64,000 nucleotides of DNA from Lytechinus pictus (lineage: Eukaryota), in NCBI RefSeq assembly GCF_037042905.1, contig NC_087256.1, positions 24,242,001-24,306,000 on the forward strand. Reading direction: 5' to 3'. The translations under genes and the position numbers were made by a program. The notes under the pieces were generated by a model, which saw only the letters and a program-made list of their open reading frames with translations, did not search any database and had not been told where the DNA came from. How positions within the stretch are numbered: position 1 is the first letter of the stretch; the number at the start of each line of letters is the position of its first letter. Positions 41,163 through 55,200 of the stretch are shown here, one piece after another.

Positions 41163-43167
41163 TTTGAATAAATGAATCTTTATTTCGTTTCAATTCCGAT
41201 ATCAAACAACAATAATAACAACAGTAAATTATTGGGATACAAGTAAATAGCAAAGAACAAAAGTAAATAATCACAGGATAATATACATAATACATGCACT
41301 ACTTTTTATGGAACATAAACACCCATGAGAAGAGATGGAAATGAAACGTGGTGACCTACTAAGAAGCTTAGCTTGTGGGCCATAGGCCACCAGCATGTTA
41401 AAAACTTACATTAGCAATCATTTTAAAACATCATAGAACAAGTAAACAAAAAATTGGAGTAAATAACCAAAGTACAGATATACATATTTACAAAAGATAC
41501 ACTAAAAAGTAACAAAAAGGTGAAATGCAGAATGCAAGCATTCTATTACACCTAAAGTATAAGAATCTGAAATTCGAAAAGAAGAAAGAAAAGAGGAAAA
41601 ATAAAGAAAATAGGCAGAGCTCTATTTTTGCATAGATAATTGTGGGAAGAATACAATTTATAAAGTTAGACGAGATATAACAAGCAGGCATTTGTTTACT
41701 GATTTAAGTATTTCTTCAGTAAATCGGTCTTTAACTTGTTTCTAAAAACACTAAGGCTAACTGATTGCTTCAATGAAGAAGGAAGGGAGTTCCATAATTT
41801 TGGCCCTGTATAAACAAATGTATTTAGCCGAAAACTAGTTTTGACCAATGGCAAGTGGAGAAAAGAAACTTGTCTTGTATAGTAAGAATGGATTTGGTCA
41901 TTTCTAACACATAGTGAATCAAGGGCAAGTGGAAGTTCTCTTTTATTTAATTGATACATAATGCAACCAAGGTTGAGATCAAATATATCATGTAAATTAA
42001 GGAACTTGTTTTCATAAAACAAAATATTAGTGTGAGATCGTGAATTTACTCCACATACTAGTCTAAGTACCCTTTTCTGGACTTTAAATAACCCATCTAA
42101 ATGAACTTTAGCAGCGTTACCCCAGGCAAGGAATATACTCTTCAATGAATTAATGACTCCTGAATTTCTGGAAAGAAGTTTACATAAATAGGATATGTGA
42201 ACTTTCCAGTTCAGCTTACTATCAATGTGTACCCCAAGGAATTTTGTACTCAAGACTTCAGTAATCTGAACATCACTGATTGTAATATTATCTGGCAATG
42301 TTGCTAGGGTGTTGCTGAATAACATGTAGTTTGTTTTAACAAGATTTAAGGAAAGCCTGTTAGCAATGATCCATTCGTTAACAGAAATCAATTCTGAATT
42401 GATAGTTTGCAATAAATTGCAGGGGTTCTTTTCAGAAAAAAAATATGCTTGAGTCATCTGCAAACAGGATAAATGAAAGGATTTTTGATGACTGAGGGAA
42501 ATCATTAATATATATGAGAAATAAGATAGGTCCAAGGAGTGAACCTTGTGGCACTCCACATGTAATTGACTGCATGGGAGACTTAACACCATTTAAAAAT
42601 ACAAACTGTTTTCTATCAGAGAGGTAGCTCTTGAACCACTCCAAAGCCTTACCCCGGAATCCATAGAGAGATAGTTTTATTATAAAAAAGGATGTCATGG
42701 TCAATCGTGTCGAAGGCTTTGGAGTAGTCTAGAAATATACCGACAGTATGTGGCCCATTATCTCTTGCGGAAGAAATTTTGTCGATAAAATGTAACAGAG
42801 CATGAGAGGTTGTATGTTTTTTCACGAAAACCAAATTGTTCAGGATATATTATATTATTAATTTTCAAAAATTTCATAACACGAACAGAAATTATCTTTT
42901 CAAGAATTTTAGATTAACATGTAAGAAGAGAGATGGGCCGGTAATTTCCAACTTCCTGAGGGTTTCCCTTTTTGTAAATCGGCACAACTTTGGCTATTTT
43001 CATACTCAAAGGAACGATTCCATGTACAATAGATAAATTGAATATATGAGTAATAGGAGAAACAATAACATCAATAACTTCTTTAATAAGCTTATTAGAT
43101 AGGCCATCATACCCAGCAGCCTTATTTGTTTTCAAATTATGAACAATGTCAATCACTTCTTTTTCAA
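41163..43167 (-). mobile_element. 5'-truncated, decayed LINE (CR1/L2-group ORF2 reverse transcriptase pseudogene) with 3' UTR
   Basis: Frameshifted fragments: [72 protein letters not shown] (plus TTTATT 41179-41184) near the 3' end, with ATTC-like tail. Confidence 0.9.
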
Positions 43168-46100
43168 CGTGGTGATCCTCGAATGCGTTCTCAATAAGAC
43201 AACGGTGATGATCAGGATCACCAAAGAAACAAAGTGAAAAACACCAATGACCATGAAGACCTTAGTGAAGGACTGAGTTAGGTCGAACAGATATCCTGAT
43301 AGAGGAAGAGAAAAAGATTTAAAAAAAAAAACAATGAAATTCGATAAATACCATCGGTACAAGTTGAATCAATCATCTTCTACCACCAATCGATCACGTG
43401 TTTGACATCACATACCATAAAACACTGCTGAAGAAACGTAGTACGTTATTGATCGAAATCATTTAATAGAATTAAATGCATAATTTTGTATAGATTTGCA
43501 AATCGTATCATGAGTTGAGACCCCTAGTCTACCGAGGGTTGATACGAAGGTTCATGGATTCGAATCCCAGCCACAGCATTATTTCCTTCAGCAAGCAATC
43601 GATCCACATTGTGCTTAACCCAACAGCACAAAATGGATACCTGGCAGGAATTCATTCCTTGAAATGGATGTGCGCTGTAGAAGACTTTCCAGGCTAACTC
43701 CAGGGTAACATAAAGTCCTTTGTAAGCGCATAGAGACGTTAGATGAAAACGGGAGATGCTTTTCTACAAGAATGAACATTATCATTACAATAACTGTACT
43801 AGAATATTGATGGAAATTATCATCGTCACTCAAATGTCATTGAGATGACATTTAGTCAATCCCGGGAGTCCTTTGTGAATGTATAACGTTAAAATCGAAA
43901 TTAAGTATATAAATACAAGTACCTGTCATGTAACCTGCTGAGGTTGCTCCTAATCCAGTAAAGAAAAATAGCATTGCAGAAGCTCGCCTGAATTTGACTG
44001 GGTCTAATGAAGTCTTCTTTACCATGGCAAAGGGCATAGTGTCTTCAGTAAAGAAACAGATGCCTTGGACGAACGCCAAACCAGCCCGTACAGGATACCC
44101 TGATCCGACGAAGTCGAGGAGAAAAGTCAGGGTGCAGACAATACTGACGGGAATGTATATCAGGAAAGGATCGACGTTTTTAAAAATGAGAATAATGAAT
44201 ACTGTTCTTCCTAAGATACCACCAATACCTGCCAAAGAAGATAAAAATACCGCATGTGAGCTGATAATTCCAAGGGATTCGGCATGGGGTACCAAGAACA
44301 GCATCCAACTGTACAATGCATATGAGAATAGGTAAAACGACGGCATGTTCAACAAGACCAGCCAGTCATGAAACGTAAGACCTCTGCAACAGAACGTATA
44401 CCAAGGTTCGGTATTGCCCTTCGATGTCCCTGCAGACGTCCCTGCCAGCTTGTCGTCGTCGTCTTCTTCGGTGATCAGTGGTAAGTGTTCAGTGGTCACA
44501 GCAGCATCAACGTCATCAAGCCAAATCTCTGAATGATCAGATCCTGCACTGCTTGACTGATGTTCCTGAGAAGGAATATCTTCACCCCTTGATCCCAGAG
44601 CGCTGTTATTTTTCGGTCGTATAAGCTTACTTGTCATCTCGCTATCTGTTCGGACCAGTCCCATTGTATTAGCTTCAGGACAATGACTTTTAATTTTCGT
44701 CATGATTGGTTTACGGATTATTGCAGCACACACCATGACGTGAAAACCAATACCGGCTAAGATCAGAAAACTTCCGTGGTACCCGTAAGCCTCTTCCGAT
44801 CTTTCTACGATGAACGGTATGAAGGTTGCACCTGCAGTCAGACCATACAAGGAAAGCGTGTTCATCATAACAAAGTTATCAGGGAAATAGTCATTTATGA
44901 TGAGCGCTGCGGGCAGGTAAATACAGGCAAAACCGGTCCCTAAAAATAAAATGGTGATAGAGAGAGGGGGATAGTAAACGACAGGTAAACTAAATAATAA
45001 TAATAACATGTAATATTTGTGTACCACTAAATAGAATGATTTTAATTCCTGCATTACTCCTACTTTTACCTCGGCTTCAGCACGGCTACCCTGATCGCGC
45101 GCTCGAGCATTCAAGATTATTTTTCCTACGCGGTCACAACACTTGGGTGGAAAGTGGCAAAGTGTAGATAAATGACTTGCCAGAAAACTGCCGGGGGTTA
45201 CATTTCTGAGAATTATCTAATGAGCAACACCTTTACATGTAGGCCTATAGCATCAGGTTTTATAAAAGAATGAAGAACAAACAGCTTGAATGAATTATTC
45301 AAATAAAGTGAAATTGATACACTAGAAATGAACTAGCCCTTACATCTTAACCAGGTACTATTCCACTATTGATCGAATGGCATATCTTAGACGATAGACA
45401 CACAGATATTTCGAACTATCTTGATCTTGAAAGTGTGAACAATGATTCAAACTCTACATCAGTTCATATCTCGTCGTCCTATTGTCTCCTATACTCTCGC
45501 CAATCTATCGACATGGACTTCAAAAAAATCCTTGATATCTAGTATTTCACCAAGAACTCGGAGATCGCCATGGAATAATTTCCTCACTACTTGTTTATTT
45601 GCCGGCCAGATGGAACCGGACAGGATGATTCTTCCTGCAAGGGTCAAAACTGTGGTGTCCATCAGGGACCAAAATAGGCCCTCTTCATTTTCGCCCTCTT
45701 AACGATTTACGAGGATCAAGTGAGCTTTACTTTGAAATAGAGACGGGTCTGCATAAGGCAACCTTCTCCCTCAATCAATCGAAACAAACAAACCAGTTCG
45801 AACTCGTTTATAATAACATCTTTAACGCGCTTCCTATTTTTATGTCGTCCCGATGTAATAAGCGCTACATAAAAGCGGAATATCATTATCATAAGGAATT
45901 GTCACTTTAATTTTGTAATATCATGTTATCTGTACACTAGAACAATAAGTTCAGTGGTCACGTTTTGATATGTTGCTTTTTTAATGATGATAGTAAAATA
46001 TTGTTAAAAATATATTCATCGCTCGTGATCTCCCTTACCTGTTAATGCAAGACCCACGCCCACAACTACAGTATTAGTTGAAAAGGCACATATGAGTAGG

Positions 46101-48793
46101 CAAGTCACGCTGAGTATTGCTCCTCCCCCGGCGACTAGTCGATCGTTCATCCTTTCCAGTATTAGAGATACTATTGGACCTGTCAAACAAAGGGAAATCG
46201 TTACACCATGATTTCGATCAGAATTTCATAACAGTTATAATCAACACTTCAATTTGAAATCTCCTGAACGTGCATGACATTATTGCAATCAATCATTCGA
46301 TGATGAATATTATATATATTAGCCAGAAACAGTTATGATATTAAGGCTATGAAATACATAATGTGTGTTTTGGACACGTAATTTTTTCGTCTGCTTATAT
46401 TTTATTTATTCGTTAATCGTTATATAAATCCTCTTCCCAAACATGGAATGGGCTGAACACTTCGGGATATAATATTTGTCAGTTTAAATTGCCCATTTCA
46501 AAGATTTATTTTCTTTTTAATTTTTTTAAAACCAGTATAAAAGAATCGACGCTTGAGAAAAAAAATGACGCCCACTTCAATTTTGAACATTGAAATTTTG
46601 ATGTCATAATTATACTAAAGTAAGATTTACATTAATACCGAAGCTGGCTTGTGATTGTGTAACGTCATTTCGTCATCTCTGTCACGTCCGTGCTCAATGA
46701 CCAGCCCTGAATCCAAACCTAGCACCTTTCCACTCAAAATTTGAACGCAACTCGATTGTCATGATGTATGATTTTGTTGTGGCAGGGATCAAGGGGGAAT
46801 GGGGTCAAGCAGTGGCGTACCGTGGGTCACGGCATTGGGGGGCACCAGCAAAAATTTCGAGGCACTTAGGGAGCGCGCGAAGCGCGCTCAGTTGCCAGGT
46901 ATACTGACCTAATAAAGATATTTTAAGGACATGCAGTGCCATTAATCGGATATGTATCTCACTGGTTAAATAATGCGAGCGCAAAGCGCGAGCTGAAAAT
47001 TTTTGATATTCAGATCTAAAAAGGGACATTATAAGCAAATTTGTTTGTAATCATGATACGTAACTGTCTCGCTAAACAAACAATGCGAGCGCAAAGCGCG
47101 AGCTGAAATTTTTGTATATATTGACCCTAAAAAAAATTTAAGGACTATATTTTAGGAATCCATTAAAAGTATAAATATCTCACCATAGTCATCTAACACA
47201 TAAGCACTTTTGTAGTCATTGTAATCATAATTATCATACGAACCTCACTAATCAAATACTGCGAGCGCGAAGCGCGAGCTGAAAATTTAGGAAATTCAGA
47301 CCCGAAGAGGGGCATTCTAAGGCTTGTTTGTAGGAATTCACTAAGACCCTACGTCTTTCACTAAGCAAATGATGCGAGCGCGAGCGAGAGCTGAACATTT
47401 TTTATAAGATCAGAAAAATTGACAATTTAACGACTGATTTTAAGAATTCATGAAGAGCAGACATCTCACCAATCCACTAATGCGAACGTTAGCACGGACA
47501 GGAAATGTTTTATATTAAGACCTTAAAATAGGGCAATCACTTTTAGTAGTCATGAAAAAGAAGCATATGTCACTACATAAAACAATTATAACTCGAATTG
47601 CGAGGAAATATATTTGGTGTATATTGATTTGAACACGGGAGGTTTTAGTACAACAGGATTATATATCTCGTTAAACAGTCTATGCGAGCATTAGGAACAA
47701 TGAAGACACAATGAAGCAAATAATGTTTCATAAAGTTATGAAAGAAATGCTTCTTATGTAATATAACATAACATAATATAATATAACGTTAGAATGAACG
47801 ATAATTTCTTCTTTCCCCACTACTTTTCTCTTCCTTTCTTCCATTTTTTCTCTTTTTCCCCGATTTTTTTTTTTTGGCCAGCCGATTGGGGGGCACGTGC
47901 CCCCCCCCCCATGCCCCCCATGTCCCACCCCCCCCCCCCGTAGTTACGCCACTGGGGTCAAGGGACCTTGCTCTCTGTTGTGGTGGTCCTTGACTTCTTT
48001 ATTGTTTTGGCAGAAAAAAATCAAAGCTGTGCATGCTCTCCCTCCCCCCCCCCCTCGACATGCTCGATAAATCCTGGATCCTCACTTGCCACTATGTTTT
48101 TGTGTTTGTGTGTGTGTGTGTGATTTTAGATCGGGGAGTGGTAGGGGGGTACCCGCGTTAACCCACCTTCTAAAAATATCCTAAACAGGTACGCTTTGCA
48201 TTTAAATATTTTAGAACATTAACAGCGATTTGGCACCTTTGATCAAATTTCTCACCAAAAATTGGCAAATTATCGACAGTCGGCGAAAATGTCTCTACTT
48301 TATAGATTTTTTTAAATCCATGATATTATATTGAAACCCGTTGATTACATGAATATCAGAGCTACAACAGAAAATAATTTCCAATTAACGGGTTAGGTTG
48401 GGGTGCACACTTTATGTTGCACACGGGAGGAAAGGGTAATACATGTATTCAAATTGCACATGGGCGAAATCAACGTCAATATTATCATTCTGGTAAAAAA
48501 AATGTGAATACCTGAACAAATACAGGAACTTGCATATTGGTATTTTAGTGTGGGGCTCATCGTCATTCAAACATGAAAACCTACTTACTTGCGAGGTATG
48601 TGAGGGTGGATGGTAGGCTGCAGATGAACCCAACAATGGTGAAGCTTGAGTTTAATTTCACCACCATCTCATTGAGAAGAACACCAAACGATTTCGCGAT
48701 GCCTCCAACAATGATCAGAATAACAAATTTACAAAATACGAGAACGTACCCCCGCCGCCAATTCAAAATAATTCCTTCCGATGGCGGCTTCAT
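43153..48793 (-). CDS. SLC16/MCT-like transporter, diverged paralogue, copy 4 (exons 48793-48589, 46179-46039, 44939-43923, 43295-43153)
   Basis: Homologous exons with conserved splice sites and many substitutions (e.g. FCKFVILIIVGGIAKSFGV). C-terminus RITTLKKK* runs into LINE sequence. Confidence 0.87.
46810..47954 (+). mobile_element. CAGTGGCGTA-family hAT-type element in intron 1 of copy 4
   Basis: TIRs present; perfect TSD GGGTCAAG (46802-46809, 47955-47962). Confidence 0.9.
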
Positions 48794-49098
48794 AGCTAAA
48801 TTATTATTAAAAATATATATAAAGGAATTCAAAGTCAGCGGAGTTGGTGTAACACAGTTTGATCCGTCAGGCTTGGTGATTATTTTGCTTTACTAGGCCT
48901 ATACCTCTTCAAAATCGAGATAGAGAGAGAAAAAAAAATATGGCTTCATAGCTAAATTATTATTGAAAATATATATAAAGGAATTCAAAGTCAGCGGAGT
49001 TGGTGTAACACAGTTTGATCCGTCAGGCTTGGTGATTGTTTTGCTTTACTAGGCCTATACCTCTTCAAAATCGAGAGAGAGAGAGAAAAAAAATATGG
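48786..49098. repeat. 156-bp tandem duplication covering the start codon and putative 5'-UTR splice acceptor of copy 4
   Basis: GGCTTCATAGCTAAATT.. at 48786 and 48942; GGC microhomology at the junction. Confidence 0.9.
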
Positions 49099-50130
49099 CA
49101 TCGATTGATATTATCCAAAGGACATTTCAATAGACTATTCAATGGACCATTTAATAGACTTCAATTGACTTTAAACAGGTAGCATGGCCGTGGTCAGCTG
49201 GGGTGCTGGGGTACTGAAGCATCCCCGAGATTTGCCAGAGAGTGCTATTCACCATAAACAGCACCCCCTGGAAATCAAGTAGGCATGCTAAAACGTAGAA
49301 CTTTACCCCCAAGCCCCCCCCCCCTCCCCCCCCCCCCCCCATACATAACAGGTACTTAAAAAACGCTTTACCAAAAATATGATCATAGCGCTTTACAATG
49401 AACAATTAATAATAATGATGAAATTACATCAAACATCACTTAAACATGTAGCTACCGCCCGTAGTCATGTGCTTTTTCACAGCTTTGAAGAGATATTGCT
49501 CCATATGGCGCATCTGCCCATTTTGTACGGCTCATTAGGCCAATGCTGAGACGTTTCCGCCAGCTGCAGTAGGTCCATGGTTGCAGAAACGTCATGGAGA
49601 CTGCATGTTGAGAGAGTCCTGCGATGTCTCTGCAAAGTCTGTGCGAAGTCGCAGAGGCCTCTCAATGCAGAGGAGTCGCATTGATCTGCAGAAGACCAGA
49701 AAGACTGATAAGACTTACTTTAACGCCATATCAGACCAAACCAGAAGTTCCTTTGCCGATGCCTCAGATTCTACAGTCGCGGAGACATCTCCAACGTTTT
49801 GGTTGCTTCAGTCAACAAATGAAACGCCTCTACGAAATCTCAGAGATGGCTCTGTTATGTCTGCGATGTCTCCAGACAAGGGTCAAAGCAGTTTTCCGGA
49901 CAGCCACGGGGATGGTGATACAATGTTTCCAAGTAGCCGTTGCGACGCCTGGAAAACATCCTTGAGACCTCGCCGCAACTAAGAAAAGTCTCACAGTGAC
50001 TACTTGGAGACTTTACTTTACTATTTACCCCGTTTACATGGTTTATAGAGGTGCTGTGGCTCAAATTCCACCGCAGCACTCGCGTCCTTTGGCAAGGCGT
50101 TTACCTACATTGGCCACTCTCCACCCAGGT

Positions 50131-50526
50131 CAGGGGCGGATCCAGCTTTTTATAAAGGGGGGGGTTGGGGTGGTATGCGAGGGAGCGTAGCGACCGAGTC
50201 CAAGCGAGCGGAGCGAGCGAGGGGGGAGGGTGTGGGAGGGGGGTGTCCCCCCTCCCACAGTAGGGAAAATTTTTGAAAATCTGTGTGTGAAAAAGCTGAT
50301 GGGGGGGGGGGGGGCAAGGGACTCTGTGACATTTGTTCGCCCAACCCCCCCCCCTCCCCCAAAAAGAAATAATAATAATAATAATAAATGAAATAAATAC
50401 ATAGAAATAGAATAAAATAAAATTACAAGTTAAAAAAAAAAGATAAGATTTAAAAAAATGGTCCCCGGATTTTTTTTTTTGGGGGGGGTTGCAACCCCCC
50501 CAACCCCCCCTCTAGATCCGCTTCTG
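50131..50526. mobile_element. hAT-like MITE interrupting a SINE
   Basis: Ends CAGGGGCGGATC / GATCCGCTTCTG; CAGGT duplicated; the flanks rejoin as the SINE core CACCCAGGTGTAATACATGGGTA. Confidence 0.7.
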
Positions 50527-52271
50527 CAGGTGTAATACATGGGTATCCTGTATTTCTTGAATGCTCGAGCGTCCGATCAGGATAGCCTTGCTAAAGCCTG
50601 GGTAATAGTATGCAGCGCTTACCAACATTGTATTAAGCGCTATTTATAATTATGTTGCCTATATCATTATTACTTACATCACATCAAAATCACCGAGGTA
50701 ATTTAGAGTTTTTTGTTCTCTCTCTCTCTATCTCTCTTCCTCTCTCAATCAATATTTGTATGATATACCATGATGCTGAAGAACCTATAAGACCAATAAT
50801 AATGACTGCAATCGCCTTTATTATCTGAGAGTATTTTCTCTCTCCTGGAGTGTATGAATGTGTAATGCCATTTTAAATTTCTTTAAATCCCATGCATGAT
50901 GTAATGACTATTGAAATACTATTGCAAAAATTTGAGATCACTTGCAAATCCAGCTCAAGTTCCGAAATCGTGCGTAATTAATGGTAATGAGCTATCTCAA
51001 AGAAGTGAGTAACAATTTGCGTGAATCAACTACAAATTTGTGACTTTAATCAAAGGATTTACTCTTGATCGATTTGGGGGACTCCGCTTGATTTTGGTAT
51101 TGAACGCAATTTTCTTGCAATGCTACTTATTTATGTTTATGTGTCGTAGCTTTTATGGGAGTTATCATAACCTTTTGGATGGATGGTTTGGTTTCAAACT
51201 TTTGCAAAATAAACATTTGTATAATAGATGATCAAAATGAAACATTGTAAAAGTAAATAAAAGTTCTATATTTCGCACAATCCTTACTTTCTGTCAGTGT
51301 TTTATTTCAATTATCTCTTGTTATCTGCTGTTTCAAAACACGAGTGCCACTTAAATTCTTTAAATACCAATCTATAGTTCTTTTAGTCCTTTTACGCTTT
51401 GCTTTTGGGAACTTTAGAGTATGAAATGGAAGACTAAACCAAGGTTTCAAAAAGAGGAATTACGAACAATTTAAGACGTGTAAGAAATGTTCATACTTCT
51501 AGGAACCAGGATCGTGCAGATCTTTCATTGAGACAGGGAGTGGTAACAGAACAGACATGACAGAGATGCAAAAAAAAACTTACAGCCGATTCTGTTTTAT
51601 TGCGATGGAAATAATAAATTATCTGAAGTCCTAACAGATTGGTTTACAGCATTATTTCATGCGAGACTATTGAATGACGGAGCTTTGATGTGCATTAAAC
51701 CAATTGTATTGATTATCCAGGCCTTGACCATTACCCTTTAGCAACTGAATTTATTAAACCAGGGTATCGATTTAGTGACGATTTTCTAATTAATCTACCC
51801 TCACATGCATGGAAATCCTTGACAAATAACCCCCCCCAAAAAAAAAAAAAAATAATAATAATAATAATCTCAGTAGATGGCGCTCAGTGGGTAAATTGTT
51901 CGTGAAACTATTATAACTATCGGATCAGGATTGACTGCACAGAAGAAAAGGAAGGAGACCCTTTTGTTATTGAGAGGTCAGTATTCTAAACTTCTTTGCT
52001 TGAGAAAAGTTGAGAGACCAAAGCTCTTTGTAGATTTATGTAAATCAAACCAGTGAGTTGATCAAACAGTGTCAATAGGGCTAGACACTAGAAGAGCAGT
52101 ATCATTCGTGTTGGCGCTATGCTCTGTTGATTTCATTCTGTTTACATCGACAAAAAAGTTGTAGCCTTCTCATTGACAACTCCATGCACTTACATCGGGC
52201 TATATTAAATTATATTGCACTGGAAGCGATAGAGACTTGGTCTATATTACATGCTTATATCATGTAGAACG

Positions 52272-55200
52272 ATGGATCTGTTCGTCGTAATTCTGACCAC
52301 CTTGGTCGTAGCTACGGCTGCCAACAACGCCACACTGTACACGGTGGAGGAAGCATTGGAAGACCAGTATATTGTCGTGCTGAAGGTAAGATGCTATACG
52401 TTTGATATCACGAGAAAACATGGTCTGACTGTGATACTTGTTCGACTCAAAAGTACAAAACTAAAATCTGTAATGCACGCAGGTAATTGACCTGCTGCCC
52501 TTTAAAATAGTCTTAGTATATCAGACCTGGGAGTTGGGAGAGAAGCTGCTTGTTCCAACTACTAAATGCTGAATATATATCTAGGATATATATCTAGGAT
52601 CTGTATTCTCCAAGTTGCATGGTTGTCGATAATGTCACATCCCCACTTGTTCTTTTGTATTTTATTATATGAAATTAGGTTTATTCAAATGTTTTCCTCC
52701 AAGAACTAGAAAAATTGGATTGACAACTGATTTAGTACATTAGATATTTATTGCTACAACTTATTTCATTATAAGGGAGACATATTATTCACACAAGTAT
52801 GAAATAATGACAAAATTATGATTTTATGTAATAACATAAGAAAACGAAAAGTGGGGATGTGACACCATCAGCCCACCTAATGAATATTCATGACGACTGT
52901 TTTCACAAAATATTGCTACATTTTAAACTTCAATAACTTTATCATTTGTTATCCGATTTTGATGAAATTTTCGGCATTTTGCTCAGTGAATTCTACTCTA
53001 TGAATTAAGATATAAATATTTTCAGCTTGGACCATCCCTTTAATCATGGAGTACAATCGTGCGTAGGGATCGTATTCAGAACGTATAAGAGTAGGCATAA
53101 AGTATGTAGAGTATAGGCATAAAGAGGAGGCATAAAGAGTAGGCATAAAGGGGAGGGTGCTCTTTACCTGGGGACTGAGGGTTGGGAGGTAGAACATCAC
53201 CTTTTTTATCATTGTTTTTTTCTCTTGTCATTTAATACATCTTGTTAATATTCCATTTTATAATTGTTGCAACGCATCAGTATTAATTTCAGGTATCTTT
53301 GAAGTTTGATGTATAATTTGTATAAGTATATGGGATATGGATTTATTGTATAACTTATAATCGTGTTTCAAATCATTTCTAAAACTTGTTTAGGAATGTG
53401 AATATGTATTTTGATTTGAGAGAATACAATAAAAACATCCTTTAAAAAATAATATCGTATCAGATCGATCGAGGCGATCGTTCCGATTGTAGAAATGTTC
53501 GAATGGTTCAAAAAAATTAGCGATCAGTGACGGAAGCCAAGGCCAATCGTGGCGTTCGTAACAGATCGCACAGAGGTGGGAACGGGGTATAAGCCAATTG
53601 TTATATGCTTCATCTGCCAAAGCTTTAATTATATTGTGATGTTTATAAAGACTTGGGCATCTGTAATATCCAGTTTTATGCAGGTCTTTCTCTTGGCCCT
53701 CCTTTGTTCGATTATCTAATCTATCTCGAATCATACCTAATCATGTCGACATTTTTCTTTATGAATATAGTTTTGAATCTAAGCATATCTACTTTCGAGA
53801 TTTGTTTAAGTAATAAGATTTACATAAGGAAGGATTATTGTCTTCATGGTATTGATACTTTTCATCCTGATTTGGTGGCACATATACTGTACACATCACA
53901 GTAAATCTGAAATCGTGAAATAAGTGTCTTATGAAGAAAACGTTGATGCAGATAGAGGTTGGTGAATGTAAAAAACTGTCAAATTACAAATATGAAATAA
54001 TCATATCAATTAAAAAAAAACTATTTACAATCGCTGTAACGGTAGTATTTAAAACACCAGTGTATTCATGATTCACGTCAATCTTTATCAAAACTTGTAT
54101 ATAATTATGAATGGGTACCTACTCCAGGCTGAAAATAATATGTGTTTAGGTGATGGAGAAAAATCAGACAAACAAAACACTGAAAATTTCATCAAAAAAC
54201 GGACATAGCTTTGCATTATTTCGGTGAAACATGAATATGCAATGGGCTAGCTGATGATGCACATAATATATCCACACTTTTCATGCTTATTCTTTTGTAA
54301 TTTATTACATGAAAATGATGAAATCATATATCTTTATTCAAATCTTGTCCCCCAAGATTGAAAATATCGGATTGACAAATGATTAAATGCATATAACATA
54401 TTCATCGCTGCAACTTATTTTGTTTAAAAGTGAGACATGTCATACACACATGCATGGTAGCATCCAGGATTTTCCTTTAAAAAAAGGGGAGCACATTTCT
54501 TCAGAATTTTTTTTTTGACAAGCAAAAAAAGGGGGGCTTTCGCCGGCGTATGCACATCTTAATATATACAAATATTATTCTGAATCCACATAAATAAAAA
54601 AATATTTGAATATATTTTCACTCTCAGCCAATATATACTGATGAAAATGTTGAAGCAATCAAGCGAATGATCCTAGATGACGTTTCTGGAGTCTATTTTG
54701 GTTCTTCCATCAGGCATACCTACACCAACGCCATCAAGGGTTTCTCGGCTACGCTAACCCAAAGGGCTCTCGAAAAGGTAGGCCTTGATTATGGGGCAAA
54801 AATGATTGTAGACACTGTTGAGAACTTAAACAGGGAAAATCGTTAGAAATCATGATTTGAAAGTTGAAAAGGGGTAAACTGAGGAAAAGATGTTATCGAG
54901 AGAAAATGCATTAATGTTGACAATGATGACGTATGAACGGTATTGATAGTAATAATCACAATGAATGTCTGACGACGGCTATCATGACGATGATGTTGAT
55001 GATGATGATGGTGATGATGATGATTATGATGCATGATGATGATGAGGAGAAGGATGATGATGATGATGATGATCGTGACGGTGGTGGTGGTGATGATGAT
55101 GATGATGATGATGGTGGTATACTGGGGACACTTATTCAGATATGAAATTGGAAGTTATCAAGTTTGATACTATCTTTTTTCTATCTTTGCATTTCAAGTA

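Noticed and set aside
41696-42592. 298-aa ORF as a functional RT or domesticated gene
   Set aside because: Part of a frameshifted, 5'-truncated LINE; the FADD motif is in another frame and an internal deletion is apparent.
44940-45114. N-terminal extension of the 420-aa ORF
   Set aside because: Intronic (partly SINE) read-through upstream of the conserved acceptor at 44940; closed in copies 1-3.
49477-50079. Overlapping 60-133-aa ORFs in a GAGAC/GTCTC-rich tract
   Set aside because: Looks like a decayed repeat related to 545-1130; no recognisable protein and ends not definable.
54843-55145. His-rich and Asp/Met-rich ORFs
   Set aside because: Translations of a (GAT)n microsatellite inside an intron.
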